The position numbers were made by a program, and so were the translations under genes. Positions 37,849 through 52,286 of a stretch of DNA of 64,000 nucleotides are shown piece by piece (position 1 is the first letter of the stretch; every line of letters starts with the position of its first letter). The stretch lies in contig OX597819.1 in assembly GCA_951406725.2 (NCBI GenBank), forward strand, positions 88,226,001 through 88,290,000, given 5' to 3'. The DNA comes from Octopus vulgaris (taxonomy: Eukaryota). The notes below the pieces were generated by a model that was not told where the DNA came from, ran no database searches, and saw nothing but the letters and a program-made list of their open reading frames with translations.

Positions 37849-40039
37849 TTTGATTGTTATTCTATTTTATCGACACACACACACACACGCACGCACATAG
37901 ACACACACCCACACGTGCACACACTCACGTGCTCGCACGCGCACGCGCACACACATGTGCACGCACTCACAGACGAATACATGTATATCAAATACCATAC
38001 AACATAAATACCTGATTTATCAAAATTATCTTCGCCTGAAGAGGATGTGTTGTAATTACGAAATGGTAATTATGTCCAAGAGAAATTATCTCATGAATCA
38101 AAAGTTCTCCAAAACTGACATGCCATTAAGGAAAAGGACAAGCTTACTGTCTGGGGATAAAAGGACAGTTGTAGACGCTTATTTCTGGTTGAATAGGCTT
38201 CGTCGGCACAACAGTAGTCCCACTTTATCTCTTGTTGCCAAGGGACTTAGACTTATACAAAAATGGGTAGAAAACATTAAGGTTTTGTTAATTTGCATAA
38301 TTTAAGCAAATATATGCAAAGAGAAATAACTCAAGTTGGCCAGTACAAGTTGAACTTGTACAACATAGATAAATAAAAGTACTTCAAATAATACACAACG
38401 TAAATTCTGGATTCATTAAAATTATCTCCGTCTGAAGAAGATGCATCATAATTACTAAATGCCAATTAAGACCAACTAAATAAGACATTATTGTTCATTG
38501 TGTTCTTTCCTAAGTTATAAAGAAAGATGAAAACTCATAAATCGAAATACGAAAAGAAATTAAAAAGTGCTAATTAGATAATTGTTAAACGTTTGTAAGA
38601 GAGCTCGAAATAAATGAATGGTGACATGTATGGAACATTTAACAGCATTAAATCATTTACAAGAGAAATCTAAAGTTATAAAATAGATAATTGTGAAAGT
38701 ATTTCGATTTGTTTTTGTTGTATGTAAATTGTCACGAGAGCAAAGGCTAGACTACTGGGTGGAAGTGATAAAGGATCAAAATATATAGAGGAAATGGGGA
38801 AGACAATGATCTTAGTGGTAAAATTTATCCCTACTTAAACGAGTTTTCTATTAGAACAAGCTACACTACGGTAGTTACCACGAGAGAAACTCTCATATTA
38901 GCTTTTAGGTGTAACATGCACTCTTGTATATATTGCTATGATACCTGTGAACCTTGAGCAAAAATGATGTTCAAAATGCGTCCTAAATCAACATTTTTGA
39001 TAAAATATATCAAAAGTGGAATTTTAAAGATTTAAAAATACGGTAGCTTTTAGCTCATATACCAATATGACCGTTACTGACAAATCATTTTATTCTAGAT
39101 ATGAAAGACAATGGCTGTCAGCAATGCTCGTGATGAAATTTAAAGCCAATAGCAGCTTGCAAAACGCTGCTAAGACTCTCACCTTCAAAGTCAAGTAGTC
39201 TAGAAAAACCTAGAGTAAGATTCCTGGCTGTTATTTCAGAATTTTCTTCAATGAGATGGCTAAGCAAAGTCGTGGTGTCTCTCACCCTCAGCTATTGGAT
39301 GGCAATTGACTCTACTGTGTTCATTCGTCCTTTGAAAGGCTATTTTTTTCATCCTGAAGTGTGTCCAACGAAAACCAACCTCCTTACCCCGTAGGCTTGG
39401 TAAGGTTGCCGATTGAATCGGCGACGGTTCGACCATGTGACACGCCGTACCAATAGCACGAAAAGCGACCTGACAATATATAGCTATGTTTACATTACGC
39501 TCATTATATGCATAAGATATAAAGGAAGAAACTGTTTGAAAATATTACGATAATATTTTAGTAAGAAAGTGTTTATCGTTCAAGAACTTAAGTTTTGGGT
39601 TCCATTTTATCTGATCTCAACATATGAAAAGCCACTTGCTTAGAAAATTAGCTTAAAATTTTGAAAATGAGATTAGCTTATATTTCATTTAAGTAAATTG
39701 ATCGGTGGTTAGCTGCAAAGCTTGCACAAAATACATTCGTATTATCACACTTCTAAGCAAACCTACTGAATATGAAACAGAGGGCATCAACTTCATAATT
39801 TTATTTTCTGTAAGAAACACAGTTCTCTTTTGTGTTTTGTTATTTTACATTTTGTACGATGTTTTGAGATAAAGACAGTGTTTAATATATTTCCAGGCTT
39901 TATATATCTACTTTTAGAATTCGGTATTTACCAGTACAAGAAAACTATCCTTTGCCGATGTGGTCAGAATATTACTGAAACATGCCCGAAGTCTGTAGTT
40001 GTCTCCCCTACTTGCCCGGGAAATATAAAAATAATATTA

Positions 40040-40252
40040 GATTCACATTTTGGCACAAGGCCAGTAATTTAGGAGGGAAGGAGAAGTCGATTGTATCGCT
40101 CCCAGTCATTAGCTGGTACTTGTATTATCGACTCCGAAAGGATGAGAAGCCAAGTCAACCTCGGCAGAATTTGAGCTCAGAACATAAAGACCGACGAAAT
40201 GCCACTAAGCATTTTGATCGCCGTGCTAACAATTCTGCCAGCTCATCGCCTT
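40040..40252 (-). mobile_element. SINE family A copy
   Basis: Reverse complement of the SINE-A consensus. Confidence 0.82.
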
Positions 40253-40536
40253 AAATATGAAAATAATATTAGTTATTGATAAATATCGTTTTATTTCTTT
40301 CTCACAATATATTTACATCTATTTAACTTTTTAATGAGATCTAGAATGTATATCTCAACAGTTAACTCAACATTATATGTTTCGTATTAATTACAATTCA
40401 GTCTTTGCCACATAAAATGACAGGAATATGTGCCTTTCAGCATAAGGAAACTAATCTTCACTGATGAGCAATTCTTATGAAAGTTAAAACCAAAACAGTA
40501 TTTCGAAAATTTGTAGGATAGTTAGAAAAATACCAA

Positions 40537-41103
40537 TCTATTATATAAAATCCGTTCTGTCTGTCTGTGTGTGTCTTCTAGGATCTCGGGCATCCTCCAT
40601 CCGATTGCGCTCAAATTTGATATGTAGATACCCACGGTATCAGGGCGTGAATAAGTCTTGAAAAAATTACAAAAATCGATTCCAGGTGAGAATGCGATCG
40701 ATAAAACCGTTTTTGTCCTGCTTTTCTTCAGTCAACCTGTACGTAACTGCACCTTCCATTTTTTGTTGTTTTTGTACTGCTTAAAGGCATATTTCTTTCC
40801 TGCAAAGTTTAATGTTTAAACCATGTTTGTGTTCTCCCAGTCAACAGCCTTATCATTACTGGTACTTTAAAGTCTTCGGCTGCATATTTGTGTGAATAAA
40901 ATCATTTTTCTTTGGAATAGAAAAAAGTATATCTTTATTTCTTCTTTTGCTGGTGTCTCAAATTTAGGTTAAATCAGTGTTTCTCAAAGGGGAGGCCTAT
41001 GGGACGGTCGGACAAGTTGTTTTGAAAAAATTTAGTTTAAATGCTTGACAACACAGCACCGTCCATTGGACGGTGGGTGGGGGAGGTCGTTTTGTTCGTA
41101 TAT
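40537..41103 (+). mobile_element. Helitron-like non-autonomous element, copy 1
   Basis: Begins A|TCTATTATATAAAA with (TCTG)n near the 5' end; GC hairpin CACCGTCCA-T-TGGACGGTG at 41057-41075. The 5' ~175 bp and the hairpin region are shared with 59395-59953. No clear CTRR terminus. Confidence 0.6.
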
Positions 41104-41887
41104 CTGTAAAAATATATAGAAATGGTTCTTTTTGGCCAGATATCGATGTTGGGACAAATTTTACCAGATTTATACTATTTGGAAGATAAAGAAAACAAGA
41201 CAATTGCAGCATAGCTGCGTGATAGTGGAGTCAGACGTGGTATGCAGACTATCTTATAACTTGTTTGACATTGTGATTTTATTCTTCTCTTCCGTTTTAT
41301 TTTGACACGCGCATTGCGTTTTTACTTTTCTCTACTGTTTTACGAATTCAGTGTGCACATGCGCATTGCTTATTCATACTGCTCTTTCCGGTTCCTACTC
41401 AAAATTGTTTACAGGTCACAACCACCTCACGATCCTACGGTTGTGAGGAGCTCTTCGCGCCCCGATAAAATAATTGTCTTAAAAACGTCACATCCATTTT
41501 TGTCATGCACATCACATCAGGTAAATGAGATTTGTGACCACAGACATGATTTTATTCTGTTCTGGAGAAATTCAGAGGAATTAGCAGTTAATATTTTCAG
41601 GTGAAAAAAGTTTATTTTGTACGATGTTACATACATCACACTTTGTAACCTATTCAAATACATCAACAAACATACTTGGTATATTTGTTTTTAATGCTTG
41701 CCTGGATAATCAAACTTTACTGTGGAAAAATGACACAATACAATTCATGTAAATGTTCAAGATTTAAAGCTTAGGTATTTCATAACTTGAGTCTCTGATT
41801 GTTACACAAATCACGCGAGAATGGCCCTGATGAAGTCAGAATAAGGCAGAAGTTGTCCGTAGTTGTCTCTCCCGTAAATGTTTAGAA

Positions 41888-41958
<71 letters not shown>

Positions 41959-42478
41959 TAATAATAAAAATACAAGATTAACAATATATCATTTTTCATC
42001 CGTCTCCCGTCGTATATTTACTTATAATTAGCATTTTTAATACCCCTTTGGAATAAATACCCTATCACTTATCACATATACACTTATCTCCTTGTATCTA
42101 ATATTGGTTAGAACCAAATCTATATCACTTAAGAAGGGTGAAATCTCTAGAATCGTCTCACGGTTAGAATTCCGGTTATGCCTCTACACATTAAAGTCGT
42201 TCTTGTATTGCATACATAGTGAAGAATTACTACAACAACAAATAATAAATTTGTTGCCAATAGTTTCCTCGTCTGCAATGCACATTTCAATCGAATAACA
42301 ACTTCAGATTTGAGCATATTTAATTTCGTCCATCTATTCTAGATAACTAATCTTATGGGTTTAGACTCGTAAGATAATAAATATCAAGACTCATAAGAAT
42401 ATAGGGTATCTCTCTAATATTTCATATTTCATCTGTAACTCATCTCGGTGCTGCAATTATATCATGGATGAGAGTGTG

Positions 42479-42535
<57 letters not shown>

Positions 42536-42594
42536 TGTGAGGTGTATGTGTGTATGTGCGCGCGCACCCACACACACATATATATAATTATATA

Positions 42595-42635
<41 letters not shown>

Positions 42636-42980
42636 CCCATGAAATGTAACAGCGAAATTAATTGCAGATGCAGATGAAATAAAAAATATTGATAGCCTAC
42701 ACACACGCACACACGTACACGCACGTACACACATACACACACATAGAAGCACGTACTCGCACACGCACACATACACATGCACAGATACATGGTAGTATAT
42801 ATATGTATGTATATATGTGTGTGTACGTGTGCGTGTGCGTGTGTGTGTGTGGAGAGTGGAACAGGGAGAGATCTGAATGATAGACTGATAAAAAGATAGA
42901 TAGGTAGATAGATAGATGCAGATGTGCGTGTGTGTATACATAAATATATATACTCATATATAATGTGAGTGTATATATGT

Positions 42981-43030
<50 letters not shown>

Positions 43031-43031
<1 letters not shown>

Positions 43032-43074
43032 CAGCCGAAATTACTACGATGATCCGGTTCTTGACTGAAGACTG
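43031..43074 (+). ncRNA. Circularly permuted hammerhead-like motif in a ~135-bp insert within (TA)n
   Basis: TCAG-CC-GAAA-TTACTACGAT-GA-TCCGGTTCTTGA-CTGAAGA-CTGA: terminal TCAG/CTGA pairing, with GAAA before CUGAAGA. Confidence 0.35.
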
Positions 43075-43160
43075 AGGGCTTCGAATGTCCTGTCTGTGTT
43101 TGTTGTATCGTCTTCTAAGTGTTATGCGTTCTTGTCACAGTTTGTATTGTTTTACTTATC

Positions 43161-43196
<36 letters not shown>

Positions 43197-43199
43197 CAG

Positions 43200-44244
<1,045 letters not shown>

Positions 44245-44569
44245 CCTATCACTTCCTGAGCTTATTTGACTTGAGCCAAGGAGCTTGTATAGACCGATCA
44301 ACCTGTAGGAAATAGTAGCTAAATTTCTCTCAAATGAGATCAAAACCGCCATAGGAAAAGGGTCACGCTAGATAATGTTTTCTGGGATACATTATTCCAG
44401 GGAAGGTCACAACTCTTCCAGCAATACCAGCGGTAGTTGTACCAGCTTCAGAAAAACAACAGTAGCAACAACACATCTGGCTCCAATTAACAAGTAAGCT
44501 TCTATATGCAAGAAATAGCAGCCAAATGTCATTCGTATCGCTTGCTATCTAATATTAAGTGTGTCAACT

Positions 44570-44980
44570 AAGCCGGCAAACTCGTAGAATCGTTAACATG
44601 CCGAGAAAAATGTTTAGCGGCATTTCGTCTGTCATTACGTTCTGAGTTCTGCTGAAGTCGACTTTGCCTTTCATCCCTTCGTAGACGATAAAATAAGTAC
44701 CAGTCGAACACTAGGGTTGATGTCATTAATTTACACCTCCTTCGAAATCACTGGCCTTGTGCGAAAATTTGAAATCAATATAAACTGAGTCAATAAGGTT
44801 TTCGTTATATATTCTTTCGACAGACTAGAAATATTAACGTAATCTCCTTCAAACATGAACCTAACTTTTATATCTTTTATATCCCACTGCGTGGCACCTT
44901 GTGCAAGTGTCCTTTACTATAGCCTCGGGCCGACCAAAGTCTTGTAAGAGGGTTTGGTAGACGGAAACTGAAACAAGCCC

Positions 44981-44982
<2 letters not shown>
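44570..44982 (+). mobile_element. SINE-A copy (44570-44775) and SINE-B fragment (44883-44982)
   Basis: Family-specific domains present. Confidence 0.8.
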
Positions 44983-45024
<42 letters not shown>

Positions 45025-45027
<3 letters not shown>

Positions 45028-46010
45028 TTATTAGAGACAAAACCACTATTTTGCAAAACAAACAAGGAAAGACTTAATCAATACATAAAATTTTAATAAA
45101 TAGTCAAAAAAACCGCCACTACAATTGTTTCTTGTCTTGATCGACAATCTTCAGGTGGACTTCCAATCTAAAATATCAATATTTTAAAATATAAAAATAA
45201 TAATTTAAAATAATTAAAGTATGAATGAAAAAATATAAATATATAATCCATATATAACCTATATATAATCCATATATAATAAATATATAAACAATATATA
45301 AACTAAAATAAACCTATCAACAATTAAATATAAAATATAAAATATAAAATATAAAATATAAAATATAAAATATAAAATATAAAACAAAACAAAAAAATAA
45401 TAATAATATAATAATAAACTATATATACACCCATACTCATATACCTAATTATATATAACCATATCTAACTACATACACTAAAACACACACCTATATATAT
45501 ATATCCCTATACACATAAAAACGTCTAGGCAACTATAAATAAATAAAATAGCTAAATACTTCAACACAATACTTATTCATACTCCCACACACACACACAT
45601 ACAACCCACATTCACGCTCTAGAAAACAGACATCACTTAAAATTATGAACGGAGAAATAGAATAAATGGAATTAAAAATTATATTCACTTGGTAAAACGA
45701 ACACTACTTAAAAATTATGAATGAAACAATGCAATAAAACAACAGACATCGCAAATAGACACAAATTACTACGAATTCCTTAACAAACCTACCATGATAA
45801 ACCAAAACTCATAAAAACATATAATGATAAAATCTCCCTTTACTAAACTCTGTAACATACCTATATAGCAATCCCCCCAACCTAAACATTCACACACAAA
45901 TACACACACGTAAACCACACACCCACGACATATACAAATACCCACACCACTTACACATACCTATACATACATATAAACCTCAACATATACTCCAAAAACC
46001 CACTCAACCC

Positions 46011-46018
<8 letters not shown>
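45025..46018 (-). mobile_element. Probable Penelope-like non-coding (pLTR-type) remnant within (TA)n
   Basis: Strongly strand-biased (A/C-rich on +) 1-kb block between (TA)n tracts, carrying an HHR followed on the minus strand by ATTAAA. Confidence 0.55.
45116..45158 (-). ncRNA. Type I minimal hammerhead ribozyme
   Basis: Minus strand CCAC-CTGAAGA-TTGTC(GATCAA)GACAA-GAAA-C(AATT)G-TA-GTGG: 4-bp stem I, both core boxes intact, perfect 5-bp stem II, palindromic stem III, GUA site. Confidence 0.85.
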
Positions 46019-46086
<68 letters not shown>

Positions 46087-46088
<2 letters not shown>

Positions 46089-46601
46089 GTCATACGATAT
46101 AGTGTATATTTAAACACATAAGGAATACACTTATAGGAATTCAACACGCTAGAAAGAACAGCTAGGTTCTATAACCATAAAAATTAGGGACAAAATTCGA
46201 CAGGAACGAATTGAAAAATGAAAAACATTTTACCATCTAGTTTCCTGGACCAATTGGCTTCTGGTTTTAGTTTCGCGAGTCAAGGAACTCGCTAGGTGTA
46301 ATCTTCTTCAGCAGGACCACATAGGGTTAAACGTATACACACGGGACGATCAAAACTACTTGCCCGGTGTTTATACGTCCTAACTTTTTCAAAATTTACT
46401 GCGCAGCCGGAGACCTTCGCCGGCAATAAAAAAAAACCGCCAACTTTTAAAACCGTAAATTATCCAAAAAAACTTACAATATTTAATCATATCAAAGGGA
46501 AATGGAAATTAATTAAAATTTACATTTCCAGGGGTCTAACGCGTAAAATTTAGTCAAAAAGACTATATATTAGTTATACGATAAAGTGTATATTTAAACA
46601 C
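46087..46601 (-). mobile_element. Non-coding 484-bp unit bounded by 31-bp direct repeats, within (TA)n, containing an HHR
   Basis: TAGTCATACGATATAGTGTATATTTAAACAC (46087-46117) vs TAGTTATACGATAAAGTGTATATTTAAACAC (46571-46601); long (TA)n on both sides; no ORF in the track. Confidence 0.72.
46243..46316 (-). ncRNA. Type I hammerhead ribozyme variant with a 12-nt insertion between the core and stem II
   Basis: Minus strand TCCTG-CTGAAGA-[AGATTACACCTA]-GCGAGT(TCCTTG)ACTCGC-GAAA-CTAA(13 nt)TTGG-TC-CAGGA: 5-bp stem I, 6-bp stem II, 4-bp stem III plus A-U, GUC site. Confidence 0.7.
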
Positions 46602-47285
<684 letters not shown>

Positions 47286-47725
47286 ACTGGCATACAAACA
47301 TATATACATTAAATAAAAATTGGTTATAAACTCACAGACGCGCGCGCACATATAAATGCTTGCACACAAATAACCGATCTCATATGCTTGGATGTTAATA
47401 TACTTCGACGGATACAAAGGAATTTTTGCACTTTTGTGGTTCTGTATTTTGTCAGCGATTCAATATTAACGAATAAATGCATATAGACTGATCACAAACA
47501 TACGCACACACACACACACACACACACACATTCATACACACACACACATTCATACACACATATATATATCGATGTAAAATGTACTCGTAAACAAGCACAC
47601 TTGCCTACACGGATCAAAAAATATATTTATTTTTACGCAAGCCATGCCAAAGCTTTGATCTGTTTATATTCAAAAATAGTAAATTCCAACTCTCAGGTTG
47701 GACTAGTTGACTATCGACTTAAAAG

Positions 47726-47808
<83 letters not shown>

Positions 47809-48235
47809 ATATAATATATTATAATATAATGTATACGTATTAATATATATAATATACATATACATAAACCTAGAGAAAAGGAGAGAGAAAAATGTTTCAC
47901 CAAGATTAATAATTTTCATTTATGCATTTATTTCTTATTCATTTATTCAAGTATTTATTTATTTGCCATAAATACCAACCAAACCGCCATTAAATCGCAC
48001 CACAGCATCTGAAAAGATGGAAAACACGGCGTTCAATATAGTTCTACATATTGCACAAGACAAATTGCTAAAGGCTTCGCAAACCTTTGATCATATACGT
48101 CTGCTCGTTTTGGACTTCTTGAGCTAAAATAACAACAATAATAGCAACAAAAATAGCAACGATGACGGCGTTGACAACAACAACAACAACAATAACGACG
48201 ACGACGACGATGACAGATACATATTTCTCTGGATT

Positions 48236-48873
48236 CTTGTTTCAGTCACTGGATTGCGACCATTCTGGGGCACTGCATTCAAGGGTTTAATGGGAACAAA
48301 TCGACATCAGTAATCTGGTATTTAATTTATTGGTTTTTTTTGTCTGTTTGTTTGGGTTTTTTTTTGCCGAATCACTAAGTTACAGAGACCTAAACAAACC
48401 AACATCAGTTGCCAAGCGGCGAGTGGGGGACAAATACCCACATACGTGCATACATACATACATACATACATACATACATACATACATACATACATACATA
48501 CATACGTACGTACGTACGTATTTGTGTTTGTGTATCTGTGTGTGTGTGTGTGGAAAATACGACAGGCTTCCACACAGTTTCCGTCTACCGAATTCATCCA
48601 CAAGACACTAATCGGCTTGTAGTTATAGTAGAAGACGTAGCGATCCTTCAGTATTGCGTTACAGAGTGTCGGTATGAGGAGACGATGCCATTCGCTGTCC
48701 TTTTCAGCCTCGCCTCTTTATCTGTCACGAGGGAAGTATGTGTGGGTGAATGACATCGTGTACTAATACCGAAGAACTGCTGAAGACACCTGGACAAGTT
48801 ACTGCACATTGGAACTGAACCCGAAACCATGGGGCTACTAAGCAACCCTCTTAACCACATAGCCATGCCTGCA
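48236..48873 (-). mobile_element. Degenerate SINE-B containing a 145-bp insertion (48637-48781)
   Basis: The SINE-B sequence TATAGTAGAAGAC|AC.TG..CAAG is split; GAAGAC is duplicated at 48631 and 48782; insert has weak TIRs. Confidence 0.7.
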
Positions 48874-48903
48874 CTTACAGACATTAATAATTTACAGTTT
48901 ATA

Positions 48904-49105
48904 AGGCAGTGAACTAGCAGAATTGTTAGCACACCGGGCAAAATGCTTAGTGGCATTTGGTCCGTCTTTACGTTCTGAGTTCAAATTCCACCAGGATTGA
49001 CTTTGCCTTTCATCCTTTCGGGGTTGATAAAAATAAATACCAGTTGAGTACTGGCGTCGACATAGTCGACTTACAATCTCCTCAAAATTGCTGGTCTTTG
49101 GAACC
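48904..49105 (+). mobile_element. SINE family A copy
   Basis: Head and central domain present. Confidence 0.85.
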
Positions 49106-50234
49106 GATAATTTACAGTTATTTGTTAACTTGGCAGAGTTTTTGATTTGGCGCCCCATATCTGAAGGTTATTTCTTCTCATAATGTTTTAGAATTCGTGT
49201 GTTTCATACAATGGTATGGATATCATTAATGTTTCCTCTTCTTTGTAAACCCTGTCATATTTCTTTGGTATTTCCTCACAGAGTTGACGGGAAATTCACA
49301 GTAAATACGAACAAACAATGCAGACAAGATGTAACTTGGAACCCCACCCCCCGTTAATAACCTAATTCTCTTTGCGATACTTGTAGTCGATTCAGTTGAT
49401 AGGGATAGCTGTGTGAAGCGTGCTGTTGTCAATCTTTTGACTCTTTGCTTGTCATGTGTATCACGTGATACAAAGGACATATTTCCATGAAGTCCATGCA
49501 TCATAAACGATACACATTCCCATTTTTTTCCAACCAAGATTAATTCGGGACTTATGAAAGTAATCTGGAACTTACTCAGAACGTATGAAATAAGGGCTAA
49601 CTAAAAGACCGTGAATAAATATGGACGTTTCGGACAGACTTATGGAAATGATTTGGATAGTCATAAGGTTAACGACAATGAAACCTCGGCAATAAAGGGC
49701 GGAATCAAACGCCTTTTAGTTGTCTAGTCATTCTGTCTATAGACTTCAATAACGTTGCCTCGCTTCCTTAGGGACAGGTCTGTTAATAAGGCAACGTAGT
49801 CCCAAACACCATTCTTTCTTCTAGCTTACTCACTAATGACACGTAGTTTGTTTCGCAGTGATTTTGCAGCCTGTGTTCAGTCTGTGCTTAACATTTAAGT
49901 AAGCCTCGGCTGTTTGGGGAGAAAAAGAGGTAATCTATTTTGGTCGTACGTCCATTTCGGTCGATTTCGATTAAATCTGTCTATCGATGGATCGTAACTG
50001 TTACACAACGCAATAACATAGACATGCAATGCTCCAAAACTGAGAGCTTCAATTTGCGTTAGGTGTTCTCTAACGACTGATCAATCACTGATAATATAAA
50101 GTTAGTTCCAATGACAAATGTCAACATCGTTCTTTCATGTAATGCCTTGTTAACGTGAAAAGTGAAGTTCTCTTGCTGTGAGTTATGTTTTGAGTTGTTT
50201 TTACCCATCAATCGTTTCTGTTTGCTCGTAAGCG

Positions 50235-50570
50235 TGTCCATAGATGCCTTCGAGATGCGGGTCTTTTGTAGATTGGATAGAATAAGCTGGAAAGACAGAG
50301 TAACAAATGTTGCAGTACTAGAAAAGCTGGAAGTTCAAAGAAATATATTCTTGAGCTTCAAATCTACAAAGCTTTCATATTTTGAACATACAACGCACCA
50401 AGACCCAATGCTCTCAAGAGCACCCTGACAAGAGGCCATCACAGACGTTTGCTGACTGACAACATCAAGGAAAATACTGGAAACAAGAGCCCGGTTGATT
50501 TTATTCATGCAATACAATACAGAGGGAACTGGAAACGAATCCAGGTCACAGGATGACACCTGGCTGATGG
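50235..50570 (+). pseudogene. RTE-clade LINE C-terminal fragment
   Basis: SIDAFEMRVFCRLDRISWKDRVTNVAVLEKL...KLSYFEH matches the RTE/BovB-type post-RT motif IDAFEMWxxRRxLxISWxDRxTNxEVL...LxYFGH. Confidence 0.88.
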
Positions 50571-50817
50571 CTGGTGATATCTTTGAAATGGTGACAAACT
50601 TGCTTCTATATTCTTCTCAATTTTGTTCAATTGTGGTTCGTCTTTTAGCAATTTTGTACAAGTTAGGATCTATTGAGCTCTCGACACTGTTATTTGCTGG
50701 ACATATCTTATCGTTGATTTTCCTTGCCAAATGTTGCATTTATCTTCTCAAAGTTTGTAGCTAGCTGATACAGATGCTTCGTATTCCATTGGTATTATAC
50801 ATCTCAGTAACTATGTG

Positions 50818-51133
50818 AAGGTACGTGGTTTAATGGTTAGGGTACTCTGTTCAAGATCGTAAGGTCGTTGGTTCGATTCCCGGCGGTGCGTTGTGTCCTT
50901 CAGCAAGACACTTCAGTTCACGTTACTCCAGTCCACTCAGCTGGCAAAAATGAGTAGTGCTTGTATTTGAAAGGACCGGTCTTGTCACATTCTGCGTCAC
51001 GCTGAGTCTCCCTGAGTACCAAATTAATGGCACATGTGCCTATGGAGTGCTCAGCCTCTTACACGTTAATTTCACGAGCAGGATGTTCCGTTGATCGGAT
51101 CAACTGGAACCCTCGTCGTCGAAACCGACGGAG
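50818..51133 (+). mobile_element. SINE family C subfamily copy
   Basis: Reverse-complement homologue of 30168-30483. Confidence 0.88.
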
Positions 51134-51239
51134 TACCAGTTATAGTTATGCATCTTCTTCATGTAATCGATCGAAGAATTTTCTTAAGCAATTTGAAGAA
51201 TTGGCACAAGTCTCGATTCAGTTCAAAAAATGTCCACGG

Positions 51240-51425
51240 GGGTTTTCACTTGATAGTTCTTAGAGCTGCATAGTTGATCCAGTTATCTTATTTTGCATGG
51301 CAAAGGTAGCTTATAGGCATAAATGTACCAGTAGTTATCTTTATAAATCTAAAGTTATATCCGGTTGTAATATCTGCAGATTTTTCATCAGTTCGGCATA
51401 ATTGTTTTCTTTTATATTTGATTCA
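51240..51425 (-). pseudogene. Decayed R4/Dong-like RLE fragment
   Basis: Manual translation KENNYAELMKNLQILQP, then a frameshift; homologous to KEDIYGPLIRSLKILYP near 34800. Confidence 0.6.
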
Positions 51426-51637
51426 AGTCTATTTTTTAATACATACGTATGCTTGTGTATGTACGTTTAGTGGTATGAGTATATATCTATGTATGTGTTT
51501 GCATAAATGAAAATAAAATTAAAATACACAAACACACACACACACACATACATCTTAGACACATCTTAGTCTGTGAGGAGTTTTCAGGACATTTATAAGG
51601 AAATATATATATATATATACATACACACACACACACG

Positions 51638-51678
<41 letters not shown>

Positions 51679-51748
51679 GTATGTATGTATATATATATAT
51701 GTATATATATATGTGTGTATATATATGTATATAGATACATATATATAT

Positions 51749-51811
<63 letters not shown>

Positions 51812-51999
51812 TATACATACATACATACATACATACATACATACATACATACATAGAGAGAAAGAGAGGGAAGGGAAAGAGAAATGCACACGCTGTTTGT
51901 TTTTGTCTCTGTTCATCCATTCTCTTCTTTTTCTTTTCTTTCTTTCTTTCTTTCGTTTCTCTCCCCCTAACCTTCTGTCTTTCTGCAACCGTAATTCAG

Positions 52000-52286
52000 A
52001 CAGACACCAGCGGTGGACACTGCCATTACGACCGAGCCATTCAAATTGACCGAATGAATTATTTCTCATCTTAATGGTATTGCCCACTCAGCCAAAGTAA
52101 TCGGCAAAGACGGTCACAGTACGAACCACTATAGCAACGTCGACAACTGCAGCCGCACTAGTACCACAAGCAGCACTAGCACTCGTAGCAGAGTGACATC
52201 ATCTCTAGTAAAGTTTGCGTAACTATGGTGACAGACTCGCTGGTGCCGCATCTAATTGTTAGGGCTGGAAGTTCGTGTCTCAGCAG
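52000..52286 (+). other. Candidate host exon (mostly non-coding; possible start codon at 52225)
   Basis: Polypyrimidine tract, CCTAAC branch-like motif and TTCAG acceptor ending at 51999; non-repetitive ~50% GC sequence; CAG|GTAAAG donor at 52286/52287; AACTATGG context opens MVTDSLVPHLIVRAGSSCLS up to the donor. Confidence 0.45.
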
